A model generated the notes under the pieces. That model saw only the letters and a program-made list of their open reading frames with translations. It did not search any database and was not told the origin of the DNA. A DNA stretch of 64,000 nt from Amoebophrya sp. A120 (taxonomy: Eukaryota > Protista > Dinoflagellata). A program made the translations under genes and the position numbers. Location of the stretch: NCBI GenBank assembly GCA_905178155.1, contig CAJINV010000007.1:3800265-3864264 (forward strand), given 5' to 3'. Below, piece by piece: positions 38,001 to 51,700 of the stretch. Numbering within the stretch: position 1 is the stretch's first letter; each line of letters starts with the position of its first letter.

Positions 38001-41000
38001 ACACAGCCGCTGCAACCGGAGCGCTCTCCTCCTCAGACGACGACTGGAACGTCGTCGAGCACGATGAAGTCGAAGCTTCTTGTCCACTCCTCCCCAAAAC
38101 TTGACGCGCTGCGGAACCAGTTGTACGTGCCGCGCCCGCCGCCGCCACGACAGAAGAGCGCTGATGCAGGAACTTCCGGCTTGCAATTTCTCCCCGGTAG
38201 CCCGCCACGCTCTCCCGGGTTGTCGACCCGGCCTGCTGGCACTGTTCGTGCTGGCGTGTTGCCTGCGAAAACCGATGGCGTGTTGCAAGGACAACATGGA
38301 CAAGTTTCGCGGCTTCGCGATGTTGTTGGACATCAGACGCAAACGCCACAGCTGCATCCGACAGGCGGCGCAAACAGCGAAAGAACTCCCACGGTGTCGG
38401 CGTCCTCTGCACGTTCGATGTACCAGCGGAAGAGCCTTCCAGCCGCGCCATTGCCACCACCGCACGCGCTGCTATCGCCGGCGAAAAGTGTTAGTGGTCA
38501 ACATCAATTTGCTGGTGGAACCTACGCGAAGGAGCACGAATCCTGGTGTTTGACCTCGGAAAAGATTGGCGGAGCCTACCAGTCCTCCAGACCGCCGGAG
38601 AGAGTGGCAACCAGCGATGACCATGAGGCAAGAACATCTGCCGCTGGTGGAACTCATCGTGTGGAGGAAAACGTCGGACAAGCCAGCGGACAAGGGTCCT
38701 TCGAGGGTCGGAGGGTGGACTCTTCACGCATTCAGGACTCACTGGAGCTTCCAGGAACTCGGCTACAGGCGCCACTTGGGAGGCACCAGACGGACCACAG
38801 AGAGAAATTGCACGCCAGCTCTTGTACTACTGAAACGAGCGCAGGACTTACTGCTGTTGTTCATCGTGATCATCCTGTGGCACCAGAGCAAGTGCTTGCA
38901 TCTGGGTCCGCTTCATCTTCACGTGTTCTTGGGGCCGCTGCTGGTGAAGAACCAGAGCAGCTCGTCTTAGTACCTGCCACGGTGCATGTCCAATCTTCGC
39001 ATCCGCCACAGCAGTCGCCAACTTCATCTGCCAGCACGCAGCCGGGTGCTCCTTCGATGACGAAGCGACCTCCGCTGCCGCCGAGCGGATCGCCGGTTTC
39101 GAACCAAGGAGCTGGTCGTCAACCTCCTCAACCCGATCAGCGCGTCGTCCTTCTCCCAGCCAACGGGCAGCAGCAGCCACCACTGGCAATGCAAGACGAC
39201 AGGGGGGAACCGGTTTCAGCTTCAGGAGTTGCCTTGGTCAATAGCAGCACCGGCACTTGTTTTCCCAATAGCAAGCCCCCGGTGGAGCAGCTGCACCAGC
39301 ACACTCAGCCGCACGTCAGCATCACATCTTCCTCGACGCGCACGACCTCCTGCTCTATCGCGTCCGTCTCATCCATTCTCGACAGTCTGGACCCGAACGC
39401 AGTCGACGACGACCCGCTGCTGGCACTGGTGCAAACTAGTGGAAGTCAAAGTCGCAAGTCGTCTTTGCAGGACCACGTCGATCTGCCGCCGGACCGAAAC
39501 GTCTTACGAAACCAGGATGAAACTGCGCGCCAGCCTGTACCTGTAGATAGCGATGGTGGAACGAGCGGTGCAGTCGTGGCAAGCGGACCTCCAGCTTTCA
39601 CGGCCAGCACGAGTGCGGCCTTCGACGCGCTGTCGCAGCCTCTGGTGCTGAAGTCCAGAAGTCCGTCTGGTTCTCCGGGAGCAACGCCACTGCAGCAAGA
39701 CGGACACCTGAACCAACAGCACTTGAAGAAAGCTGGGACTAACTCGCCTTCATCGGTTCTTCCCTTTTCACAATCGCGATTGTCGTCACCTGCCGCCGCG
39801 GTCAATCCGTCCATAACGTCGCCACCGAGCACGTCACCCACTTCATGCACGGGCGGGCAGACAGTCAGTGTGCCAGAAGGTTTCAAGATCGCACTGGTCC
39901 CGGTTGCGCAAGCGACGGCGAGTAAGGAGCCCTCTCTCGTCGGCGATGCAGGTAAAGGCGATCTTGCGGCGAGCGCAAAAGCTGCAATGGCGGAAGATGA
40001 CGAGCATGTTGGCGGCTCCGCAAAAGGAAAATCGGGACAGGAAAAGGGTCTTGGTGGAAAAGAGAATCTGCAGCTAGGTGGAAAGAAGGGCAAGCCGCCG
40101 AGCGCACCGCCTGCGAAAGGAGGTACTTCCAAAGAAACCTCCTCGAAAGGGGCTTCTTCCAAGCCCGCCCCACCCGCGAAGGGCAAGCCAGAGCCCCCAG
40201 GCAAGGGAGCAAAGCCGGCGCCACCGGCGAAGGGCGGGAAAAAGGGGGCTCCGGCGTGTCCACCAACCGGGGCGGGGGGAGCGAAGGGCGCGAGCAAAGG
40301 CGCGGGGAAGAAAGGGAATAACTCGACTGCAGCAGGGAAGAACTCTGCGACAGCGGCGAAGAAGCGGCCTGGGTTTCTTCCCCTCGGAAAACAGCTCTTC
40401 TGGACCGACACTTCGCACGAGGCCACGGGAAAGCACACAATCTGGGAGGCGCGGATCTCCGCGGATTTGAAGGCGCAGCTTTTCGACGACGTCGAGGAGT
40501 CTGACTCGGACGCAAGCAGCAACACGACTGAGGACGACGAAGACAGAAATGAAGGCACTGCAATGTTGCTGGATAAGACGAACAAGCCGCTTTCCTCTGC
40601 CTCCAGACTGAGCTGCGAGAGTACCAGTAGAACAAGCTCTTGCACAGAGGCTGGCGCTCCTGATGGTGAAAAGATCGATGGTGCACAGCGCGAATCAACA
40701 ATATCCCGCTCGGGTGGAACAACTGCGAACGCAATCGTGCTGGACCAAGGGCTGCATCGTCCAGACGACGGCGAAAGTGGTGTTCTGGAGCGGAAAAATT
40801 CGGGTCTCGACGCTTTGTCCGTCGGCGACAACGATCCTGATTTCGTCCCGTCAGACAAAGAGATCACGGACGCTTCGAGCACGACCACCGCCAGCACACG
40901 ACACCCCGCGGAAAATACCGCTCCGGACGCCAGCTTGTCACAGAAACGGAAAAATCTCGACAAGAAGCTCGCGAACCGCGAGCGCCACGACCTGAAGTCG

Positions 41001-43754
41001 ATCGGGTCCTTCGCCGCGGAACTGCAGAAAAAGTACGGGTTCCGAGTGCGCAAATCGAAGAACAGCAAAAATGACAGCTCGGATGACGAGGGAACCGCAT
41101 CGGGCCGAAAAGGCGGCGCAGGAAAGAACGGGCAGAACGGCGGTGGAGGCAAGGGCGCGGACGGGAATGGCAAGGGTGCAAACAAGAAAGGGAAGAAGCA
41201 CGAGGAGCAAGCAATTCTCTCCCGCGATCGGCATTTGCAGATATCCGTCTGTCTCGCGAGACTGCCGCCCAAGGACCGGATTCTGGCGGATTTACAGGCT
41301 TGCACGTACCTGCACCGGATACGCGAGCAGCCTATTGTGGAAGAGCTACGCGAGCGGTACTTCGCGACGGCCGCGGAGAAGTCGGTGCAGGAGATGCTTG
41401 ACGCCGGGAGTCCGGCAAACAATTTTGGTGGAGGTGGTATCGACGAGCAAAGGGATCCCTTCCTGGCTTTGCCCTCAGATGTAGTTGTGAAGGAGGGCGG
41501 TGAGGACGCACTGGAAATGCTTGAAGAGAAGAGCTACATTGAAGGAGCAAGATCCAGCACGGTCGTGGCTGCAAGACCAGCTACGGCAGCGAATGTAGGA
41601 GCCGCAGATCTGGTTCAACTGCAAGAAGGGCCAGGAGCAGATACAGAGCGAGCCGCTCTTGAACTCGAACTCCAAGACAACACGAGCAAAAAACTGCGCC
41701 CTCTCTCCTTTTTCGTCCGCTATGACCAGGACGAGTTGGAGAATTACAAGCGGCTTTTCCCCACGGACGAGGAGATCAAGAAGATCAACCTTGTCCAGAG
41801 CCCCGAGCAGCTGCACCCGATCGAGCAGTTTGTGATCCAGCTGAAAAAAACCGTTCCCCGGCCCATCGAGCGCATCCGCCTGATGCAGTTTCAGCTCGAG
41901 ACGAGTCTCTGTTGCAACACCGACTACGCGGGGCACGCGTTCCTCCTGCAACAACGCAGGAAGCTGTTTTTCTCCCCTGGATCTTCGACTCTTCCGGGAC
42001 CTCTGGAAGCGATGTTGTTCTCCTCGGACCGGTTCATGCCGCTGCAGTTGCAGGGGAAGCACGCGCCACTGGTTTTGGCGGTGTTGTACGGAGGCTCCTG
42101 CTCGGGGGCGGGCCGCGCGGAGCGGCAAACACCGACGGCACGACGGAGTGCCCCGGGCGCGATGGTCGACGCGGCGGCCCTCGCGCGGATGACGGTGGCG
42201 ACCACGTTGCCCGAGCCGGTGCCGTCCATCACGGCGAGCGCGGTGACAACGATATCGGAATTCATCCAGGCGAACTCGGACGAGTGGCACAGCGTGACGC
42301 ACGCGAGCTCCCCGGGCGTGGAAGACGAAGCGGCAAACTTCTCCTGGTTTTTGCAGGCGGAGTTCGGAAATCTCGGTCCCAAGGCCGCGGGAGTGACCGG
42401 GCACGCGCGCGCGGTTATGCCGCTCGAAAATTTGCCGCCGGAACTGTTTCTTGCGTCCTCGTCCACCTCGAGTGCTGGAGCATCATCCTCAAATGCACAG
42501 CTTTACAGGGGAGGACTCGGCTCTAACCAGCAGAAGGATCAGTATCAAGATACGGTGTTGAAAGAGCTCCTTGCGATCGAAGCGGCTGTGTACGAGTGTT
42601 TGCACAGTAAGGCACTGCAGACCCTGCTGACGATGGTTTTGCTGCTTGGAAACTACGTCAATTACGGTGTCGACATCGTGGCGCACTCGACGGGGGCAGC
42701 TGCAAGTGGGCCTAGCTCCTCGTCGTCCTCCTCGTCTTCAGCGACCGAGGAGAAGGACAAGCAAGCAAGTGCGGCCGCTGAAAATAACCTGGACGGCAGT
42801 GGTGACTCGTGCCAAAAGCAACCGAGCGAAACGTCGGAGGGAGCGGAAACCGCAGCTAATGCGGAAAACGACGGGAGCAAGACGCCGTCCTCCTCTGCGA
42901 AGGGCGATTTAGACGATCTCCTGCACACGAAGTCTTTTGCCATCGGCAGTTTGAAGAAGCTTCGCGAAATGAAGATTCAGGGGCAGAAAGGAGAGGTATG
43001 GATAACTTTCATGATTTCTTTCTTCAATTCACGATGAATTCGCACGGACTTCTGCGCCGGCTCCTGTCGCTTATATCTTTATGTTGCAAGTCCAAGTTGC
43101 CATTGCTTTGCATGACCGGTCTGCATACTGGTTTTCACTATTTTTGTCATTCAGGTCGACATGCTAACGTTCCTGGTCCACCGCCTCCCGCCCGACTTGA
43201 ATGAGCAGCTGAAATCCGAGCTGCACTACGTCCTGGCGGTTTCCAACAGCATCGATTTCGCTGACGTCCGGGAGAAATTGAAACTCTTCAACGACAATTT
43301 GAATTTTGCGACCCGGGAAATTGCCAAGGCACCAACAGCGGTCATACCAGCGGGAGTTCCGGTAGCTGTACAAGTACAACAATCGTCAGCCACTGGGGGA
43401 AAAAAGGACGAAGACAGTGTTCCTGCGACAAACACTAACGAGTCCGCCCCCCCACGGCCTCTGTACAGCGCAGCTTGCATCGACGACATCAAGGACAGCA
43501 TCCAGCGGGGTGAGCAGAGGAGAATCCTGCTCCAGGCCCTGTTCGGCTACACGGACCTGCTGGGGCGCTACCTGGTGCGGTATTTTGCGGAGGACAAAAA
43601 TAAGGAGACTTGTGAGACGTTTTTCAAAAACCTCGGGTCCTTCCTGCGCGACTTCGACGCCGCCGCGAAGAAAAGCCGGAAGGAACGGGAGAAACGGCCG
43701 AAGACTTCGTCGGCTGCGTTTTCGAGAAGGGAGGCCAGGAGGGGGACGAGGTGA
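32085..43754 (+). CDS. Formin with PTEN-like pseudophosphatase, C2, UBA-like, Pro/Lys-rich FH1-like and FH2 domains, ~3772 aa; join(32085..37622,37815..42995,43155..43754)
   Basis: PTEN-like LDVVAVTPRV, RNNVDQL, WLSVDRKNVAFVHFK, PASCVRYLTY. C2-like LEGNVCITCY..FFHTNFL. FH2 KQLFWT..TIWE, RHLQISVCL, FPTDEE, IERIRLMQF, VLLLGNYVN, SLKKLREMK, YFAED..FF. Two phase-0 GT-AG introns. Confidence 0.88.
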
Positions 43755-44987
43755 AAGTTGGACATCTTGTTGACTACCTGCCAGTGCCAGCATTGAGTTT
43801 GTCGTTTCCTTCAATTAGTGTTGGGGTTGGCCATAAATGTACTTAATATGCTGCCTACCGTGACCGTCGCTACCATCTGGTGCCTGTGGGGTTACGTATT
43901 TGATTCGCGTGTTGACGCATTCGCAGGCCCTGAAGATGCTTAGCTTTCCTTCGCAGTTATTTTGCCGGCTTTACCTACTTTTTAACTTTTTGAACCTTTC
44001 CTGTAGCTATTCCAGACCGTGACAATACAAGAACTACTACCCTTTTATTATAAAGAAAAAAGTTACTCACGCGAGCTTTACGTCATTTTTGCACCTTAGT
44101 TTATTTTGCGTCGAATCGGAACAAACTTTGGATACATGGAGTGCTAGCTTGTATTTTTGCGGTAGTGTGGTGCTTTTGTGTTGCCATAGAATGCCGAACC
44201 GTGGCGGATTTTGCACGAGAAAAAACTCTACGTACTCTATACGTAACAAGCAACCTTCAGACTCAACTTGTGAAGTGCTAAGCAGAAAGAAGAGAGACAA
44301 CTACAATTTTACCTATCAACCTCAGAATTTCTTGGGAATGATCCAATACCAATCTTATTTTTTTCACTAAAACATAACGCCCGGAAAGCATGACGCGGGT
44401 GCTATCTGACTCAGCAACGCTCTATCTTGAAGAGCCGTACGATGTCGAAAAAGGCTTTATCAACCTCTAAGTAGTGATAATAAGCGCGACCTCAGTGCGG
44501 TTTCTGTTGAGATGATTTATTGCGCCTCGTTTTCATCCCGGTGGATTTTATGGGATGGACAAAAGTAGGCAGCCGCGCAACAACCCGATGCAGTGACAGC
44601 CTTCAATTTGCGGGCAGCAGCTGGAGCACAACCAGGAGGAGCTCACAGCTGTCATCGTGTTCACGGTATATTGGCAAGAGGTCGTCCAGCAGCTGCTGCT
44701 GCAGTCGCCGTCGTGTATTGGCGTTTTGGAGATCAAGATCAAAAGGGGCAAGACAACCTTCGCAGGCTGAACGTTAAAGATGTTTTGGCTTGATGGATCA
44801 TAGCGATGTTAGAGCTAGATGACATCAGAAGATGCAGCTTGATTCACGGTGCCTTGAAGCAGGTCGAAGAAGAGTATAATTTGATGCCCTGTAGAAGAAT
44901 CGTAGGTATATTCAGTTTAATTATTTCTGCGCGAAACAGATCAAGACACAACTTTTACACATTGTCACCATTTTGCCATCAAGCCTG

Positions 44988-45734
44988 ATGTGCGACAAAA
45001 TGGCAGCTTGGATGACGTATAACGAGCATGTTCTCGAGCAGGCCTGGGAGCTCGCCGCCACCAAATTGAGCGACTTGATAGCGGGATACGAAAGTGGAGT
45101 AGATCGTGTTCGGGTCAAACGATTGATTGAACGCCAGGAGGACTTTCCGACGTTTTATTCGAGGTTCCTGCAGGAAGTGGAGCAACGTCTCGTTGACAGC
45201 ACAATTAAAGCAATGGAGGATAGTTTGGGAGACGTGTTGCAATTTCCCGACGAACTGATTCTCAAGATCAACGAATTCCTACCTTTCACCACCCACCATG
45301 AATCCGCACAGTTGCTGGACCCGTGGATCCCGCGAATGCTACCGGTCATTTTGCCTGCTCGTCTCAACTCAATGCCAAAGGAAGTTCTGTACCAGTTTTG
45401 TGCTTCCAAGCTCGAGCACGATCTGCAGCTGTGGCGGAATTCGGAGAAGTTGAAAATTGCACAGAAGGTTCAGGAAAAGGCCGCTGCGGGTGAGAAGAGA
45501 CGTAGAATCAATATCAACTATCGGCGCCACGACCGCGTGCTTGACGAAGCGTGCGACCTTCAACTGCGACCGTGTCCATCTATTCCGCAGTGGCTACGGG
45601 AATTCGACCTGTCCAGGAAGCAAGCGGGTGCCGAAGTGGGAGAAATCATGGATGTGTTTGTTGCCGCGGGCTACAAAGTTGATCAGAGGGCACCGGGACA
45701 GTCGCATCTTTGTGACATCCAGCTGTCGTGGTAA
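44988..45734 (+). CDS. Hypothetical protein with internal F-box-like motif
   Basis: Globular-looking ORF. LQFPDELILKINEFL resembles the F-box LP.E+L..I..FL core. 5' end uncertain. Confidence 0.55.
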   Translation: MCDKMAAWMTYNEHVLEQAWELAATKLSDLIAGYESGVDRVRVKRLIERQEDFPTFYSRFLQEVEQRLVDSTIKAMEDSLGDVLQFPDELILKINEFLPFTTHHESAQLLDPWIPRMLPVILPARLNSMPKEVLYQFCASKLEHDLQLWRNSEKLKIAQKVQEKAAAGEKRRRININYRRHDRVLDEACDLQLRPCPSIPQWLREFDLSRKQAGAEVGEIMDVFVAAGYKVDQRAPGQSHLCDIQLSW

Positions 45735-46432
45735 AATGATATCTCCTTTTCGACGAATTGGCGGAGGGCGTTAGAGATTGAAGAATTTTACGCGAAGTCA
45801 GTCTGTTGCTTACTTACTTCTTTTGGGATCTTGGTCTTTCACGTGGTAAAGAACAACTTCCAAGATACTGCCAGACAGCAGGTGGAATGGCGCGCTCGCT
45901 CTTGCTATTGATCAAATCCTTACCAGTCTTGTCGACCAGCTCGCAGACAGTATCACATCAGTGATTTTGTTGAGTTGCTCTGTAGAGTCAGTGCCGCCAG
46001 TTTCTAGCGACAACATCGCATTGCTCGTTTAGCATGAAGTGCCTTCTTTTTCACGACAGACAAACAGTGTGAGGGGACGTCAAACACTTGAGACAATGAT
46101 TCCGCAACAAGGGTTGTGCGGCTCACGACCGGCATTGGCTGCACTTCCAATATCTATGTAGGAGTTTCACCGGATCCGGAGAATGGAAAAGAAAGACACT
46201 TCGTTGGTATCTTCTTCGGAGAGACGAAGCATTCAAACTTGGAGTGCACGAAACGAATTTTTGCGTTTTTCGTGAGGAGTCTTGAAGTATTTTTTTACCA
46301 TTTTACTTAGTAACGTTTTCGCAGAGCGAGACAGAACAGCCGCAGGAGTGTGTGGCAGACCCGTGAGACGACCCAGAAATACGCCAGAGGGGAGCTCGTC
46401 AAACGTAGCACTCGGCACTTCTAGAAGCAAAG

Positions 46433-47836
46433 ATGAGCTTGGGTCGTACGGGCTTCCAGAAAGCTTTGCTCCCTACTCCGTGTCGTCGCGCAATCCGGGT
46501 GGCACCACAGCCCGCCCACGCAGCTTGTCTAGCAAAGCCGTTCAGGCTCCAGAGACGAAGCGTTGCCGACGTAAACCTGAACGCGCAGGTTCGAGCTACA
46601 GTGGGTGATGTTGCCGCTGGAGGTAATAGTGTGGATCCCATTTGGGCGATCGCGGACCGTGACTACGAAAGGCGAAGAGGCGCATTTTACTTTCGAACGG
46701 AGGGAATCCAGTTTTTTTGTGACGAGATCAGTGGGGTTGACAAAGAAGTGGAATTTTGCACCCTGCCACACACCCTCGGAGCTGTACTACTGTTCCGCTT
46801 CACAGACGGATCACTTGTCTCGACTGGCAGGACGATGGAAATGTGCGCGAACTCGTCCACCGGTCCAGACGGAGAAGACACATGGCGTCCGGTGTTTCTG
46901 CGTTCCGCAAGACGAGCGGACTACCGTCGCAGCGATGGGCAGGAAATCTTCCGCTTTACGGAGCGCCGCGCCTCGGGTCCGAGTCTGTCTTTCTGCGTAA
47001 CTCCGTCGCGTCGTTTCATATTTGGTGGCGAGTCTTCTGATGGGACCATGTCGACGCAGGGACTACGCAGAAACGTTTCCTTCTCGGTGAAAGATCACCT
47101 CTCAAGGACTCTCGTCGCCAGGATGTTGCGTGAAAATTGGGCTTGTCAGCCGTCTTACCCCCGCGCGTATTGGCTGCAGGAACTGGATTGCTGGAAGGAT
47201 GTGCACGGCTTCGTCCGATCGAGACTTATACCAGGAATTGTTGAATTGGAGCGATTGTTGTGGAAACCCTTCGGCCTTTCCCTGTCGTTTTCCCTGTCAA
47301 CCTGCGACACTGGCGCGCTTCTGTTCTACCAAGTCGGGCATTACCGTGTCTTGCATCGTTGCGCCGCGTATTCAGGTCCGGGTAAGCACCACAAGCTTAT
47401 TCCGATGACGAGAGCGGTTGGTGGCAGTGGTCGAACAACGCCGATGGCAGCGAGCGACATCGACGCAATCGATCTCGTCGCTGCGCTCGATTACGAAAGA
47501 GGACCAGAAAGAAAACTCGTGGGATGTTTTCTTTTCCCTCAAGCAGTCGTTCGGGCCGAGCTGCAGTGCCATGAACAACATGACGCTCGGGCGCAATGTG
47601 AAAAGTATCTGCTACTGGTTTATCCCCCTTCTAGCCAGCCCACCATGCGCAAGACGAGAAAGAAAAAAGACGAACAGCAGAGATGGTATATCGACCTACG
47701 TGCAGCCGCGTGTGCAGCCACGCGGCTTCAGAAGCTGCGCGGAATTCTCGAAGAAATCGAAGCAGTCAAGCGGATCTCTACTGATTTAAACATCTCTGAA
47801 ACGCCAGTAGCTGCAGGTGCAGCCATCTCCCGCTGA
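46433..47836 (+). CDS. MepB-like domain protein
   Basis: C-terminal VGCFLFPQAVV...LVYPP...QQRWYIDL matches my recollection of the MepB pattern G.F.FP..L / VYPP / Q..YF.DL. Confidence 0.6.
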   Translation: MSLGRTGFQKALLPTPCRRAIRVAPQPAHAACLAKPFRLQRRSVADVNLNAQVRATVGDVAAGGNSVDPIWAIADRDYERRRGAFYFRTEGIQFFCDEISGVDKEVEFCTLPHTLGAVLLFRFTDGSLVSTGRTMEMCANSSTGPDGEDTWRPVFLRSARRADYRRSDGQEIFRFTERRASGPSLSFCVTPSRRFIFGGESSDGTMSTQGLRRNVSFSVKDHLSRTLVARMLRENWACQPSYPRAYWLQELDCWKDVHGFVRSRLIPGIVELERLLWKPFGLSLSFSLSTCDTGALLFYQVGHYRVLHRCAAYSGPGKHHKLIPMTRAVGGSGRTTPMAASDIDAIDLVAALDYERGPERKLVGCFLFPQAVVRAELQCHEQHDARAQCEKYLLLVYPPSSQPTMRKTRKKKDEQQRWYIDLRAAACAATRLQKLRGILEEIEAVKRISTDLNISETPVAAGAAISR

Positions 47837-48757
47837 AACCAACGGTCACAGAAATTGCTACACGTATACTCCACATACACATAGTACGTTCTATAAATAT
47901 TCTTTTCTGTTTCCACTCGGCATGCTTTTCAGCATATTGAACTGAAGATCGAAGAAGCAGATGCTGATGAGGATGATGGGTCGGCGTGTCTAGCGTGATT
48001 AAAGGCGGGAAGACCAGATCGTGGCGCTGATCGTGTTCGAACGCATGTATATATATGTCTTTCGGCTCGTGGAGGTCGGGACTAGATCAGAGTCAGAAGA
48101 ACACCCAAAACCGGTGGGTACAAGGAGGGCTCTTGTGCAGCTTTTCCGATCTAAACAATGGAAGAATCATATGAACGGATGAAGAGAAATTGAAGATCAT
48201 ATAAAAGAACGCCGTATGATACGCATGATTGGCTTCGCGTCGGCTTTCGCAACATTGATACGTAGGACGTTCCATGTTGGTTTTGCAACCGTAGTCGTGA
48301 TCGTAGCTTGTGGAGATTTTAGGGTCGCAATGCAACGTTTCAAATAAAGTTTCCTATAATCCCCGTGGCCAGGTCATCACGTCAACGTCATGATTCTGTA
48401 CCACAGAGAGAATCCCTTTTTTTCTACTTTACCTTGTTTCGAACCTGAACCATACACGATCAAGATCATCTCAAAACTCTACAACCACCAGTCGTTCGCA
48501 AATCTTGTTGCGGCTGGCTTGTTTTTCAAGCGCGTTTGCTTTTGCGTTTGTTACTTCAAAGTTTTTCTAACCGTACTCACCACCACTGCTTTCAACACCG
48601 GGGGCATTTGTTTCGCGAATGGGGTTTCTATCAAGGCCGGCACTCCATCATCACCGTACCCCTATCCCTACACGTTCACCCGTATGAAACCAAAAAAACA
48701 CACATTATTTTGTTGGCAGGACCGTGTCGTTGCAGTTGTCTTCATTTTTGTCATGCG

Positions 48758-51700
48758 ATGAATGTTATTCATGAGATGCAAGCAAGAAACCGCAGCACTA
48801 GAACTGGGAGTAGGACTAGCTTCGTATTGTGTCGTTTTTTTGGTTCCACTACCCGCATTCCGATTTCCTCTGGAGACAACGAGACCAGGCGTCGCTTTAC
48901 CCGCCGGCGATCTTCGGGTTCCGCGACCGTTTCCGGCGTTGAGGAGTCCGCTTCAGCGGCGTCGGGCTCTCCTAGATCATCTGTCCGCGGTTTTTTAGGG
49001 ACCGGCTGTGCGGAAGACGCTTTTGTTGCTGAAGCACCTGACGGGGGGGCCGGGGCGGACGCCGAGGGAAAGAACAAGTGCGATGAATTACTCTCTGACG
49101 AAAATTTAATTGTTACGACGCCACCTCAGTACGAACACGAGGAGCAGTATCATCATGTAGGACTTTGTCCCGTTGGAACGGACAAACACGAGGCGGACGA
49201 TACTACTGGGGATGTTAATCCACCGGCGGTGGCGTCTCCAATTTCTAAACCGATATTGTTTGCTGCGACAGAAACATGTGACGACGGCAGCTGCACACGT
49301 ACTAACGCACCAAAAACAGATGAAACCGAACCAGCCGGATCCGGCCACAAGAAGGACGCAAGAGCCACCGCGCCAGTGACTGTGACTGTGCCTTCTCCGG
49401 AGGAAAGTGCAATCGGGTTAAAGAGCGGAATGGGAATGAGGGAAGCTGAAAGCGAGGGAAGCCAGATGCACGTAGACTGCAACGCGACACGTGAAAATGA
49501 GTCAAGCATGATCGCTGCCGCAGCTTCCCCTCCCACAGATGAGCTCACAAGCAGCAAACCCCTCTGTGAAGATGCCCTTCCGTTGAAGCGAGACGATGGG
49601 TCTCCTGCGTTGAAGAGCTTTTCACCGCCCGAACAGCAAATGACACAAACGAGACCTGGGACAGAAACAGCGGAAGCGCTTCTAGCGCATCAACCGACAA
49701 AAATTAGTTCGAGTTGTAAAGATACAAATGGCGTAGACCGGGATGCGTCTGGGAATAGCAATAGCCCCTTGCAGATGAATCTAGTACCAGGATCAGCCTG
49801 CAAAGGCGCTGCTTCACGACCAGATCACTCCACCACTAAAGACGGCACCAACGAAGCCGAAGACCAAGATGAGGAGGAAGATGCACTGCCCGTAAAAAAA
49901 GCTGCGAAGACAACAGCTTCTGGGAGTACCACGGGCCCCACAACAACCAGCACAATCTTCGTCTACGGCACACTCCAGTCCGTCCTTGTGCTGGAAGCTT
50001 TGTTGTCCCGCGTTCCAAAACGCAAACCCGCCGTTTTGGTCGGACAGAACTTTGAAGGTCCGTTTTTCGTGCGGGAGCAACCGTATCCCGGGGTGGTGGT
50101 GACTAGAAGTGCAGAGAGTTCTTGTAACGGTGTGTCGAAAACAAGAGGCCCAGTGGCATGTGGCGGTCAGCACTTCAGTTCTTCGACGACGTCGCCCCGT
50201 GCTGGAAAGTCGCCTCCAGCAGTGACTCAGCAAAAGAAGCAAGATAGCGCGCTCAAGCATTTCGGTGCCGTTCTTGCCGCCGAGCCGGTCCACTTCCCTC
50301 CCGGGACACCAGTTTCTTCGCCGGGCGGGAGGAGTAGAGGTCTGAATTTGAATATGGACGACAATGAAACTACCTTGTCTACTTCGGTTGTGAAAAAACC
50401 TGCAAGCTCTTCAAGCAGTTCTCTCACAAATCCAGCAGCGGAGAACTACAATACCTGTTCTTACGTGTATTCGAACTCGACATCATCAACTCCAGCACGT
50501 CCTAAATGTTCTGGAATAGCAGGAGCGGCGAGCACCAGTACCAGAGCTCCTGAACGCGAACCTGCGGCGGAACAAGCACCTCCCGCGGACCCGGTACCCT
50601 ATCCCAGCTCGCGTTCTTGGTGGTACTTGCCCATTGGGTACGGTGCGGACAGTGGAAGTGGTAGTGGTGTAGCAAGTTCATCCATCGGCAAAAAGAAGAC
50701 CGGTGAAGGAGATGGGGGCGACCGCGAAGCGTCTGCGGGGCTGGGTTTCGTTGAAGAAAACATTGACCATTCGCCTTCGCCCAGCAAGCATCAAACCGAG
50801 CAACATCCGGGAGGCGTCGCACCGCCATCCTCGTTCAGCCTCGCGGAGCAGTTGCAGCGCTTTGTGGGCGGTTGCTGCACCGGAAGACAGAAGGAGTTCC
50901 CCCACAACTTGTTCAGTGGTGAGTACTACCACAAGTTGCACCAAGACGGGCGCAGACGCGACATGGGCGGGAACGCAATGCAGCCGCGGATGAACCCGAT
51001 GAAGAGAGGGAATAGAGGGACTAGTTGTAAGCGGGGACACAAGCAAGCTGCAGGCCCAGCGGGTTCTTTCCTCACACAGGAGGACGCAGAAGAAATCTTC
51101 GAGAAAATCTTACATGCACAGGCGGAAAACGGGCCGGGGCTGTATGTGTTTCCGGATATGAAGGACTGCCGCGTCGGAGGTTTCAGGTTCAGTACAGACC
51201 AGGACAACGTCTACACGGGGAACGAGGGTGGAGCTTCTGGCAGCAGTGTCGCAGCTGCAGGCATCCTTTCAAGAAATACTAACCTGGCACCGGACGACGA
51301 CCCCTTTCTGGTCCGGGACTGTGCGGCGAACGACCACGTCGGCGAGAATTATGGGCGGGAACACGAAAGCGATATCAACACTGGTGTTCCAGACAACCAC
51401 AACTCCTGGTGGCTCGGGCAGCAGTTGCAGTTTGTTTCCGAGTTCTTCAAGTTTATTTTGGCTCGCGACAATGTTGAATCGCAACAAAGTACATTAGGAT
51501 CCACGACGAATCACGATCAGCTTGAAACTGCTCCCGCAAAAGAACGTGTGTTGAATCTGATCCCGGGGTTTGTGATGGAAAACCTGTCAGAGGAGGAATT
51601 AGCATTACTCGATTACTTCGAGGACGAAGACGAATACGAGCGGGTGGCCTTGCCAATCATCGCTTCTGGAGCTGGTTGTGAGGACTACAGCGGGGACAAC

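Noticed and set aside
39446-41422. 658-aa minus-strand ORF and similar antisense ORFs (27022..27819, 58921..59661)
   Set aside because: Shadows of GC-rich coding sequence on the other strand, with no motifs.
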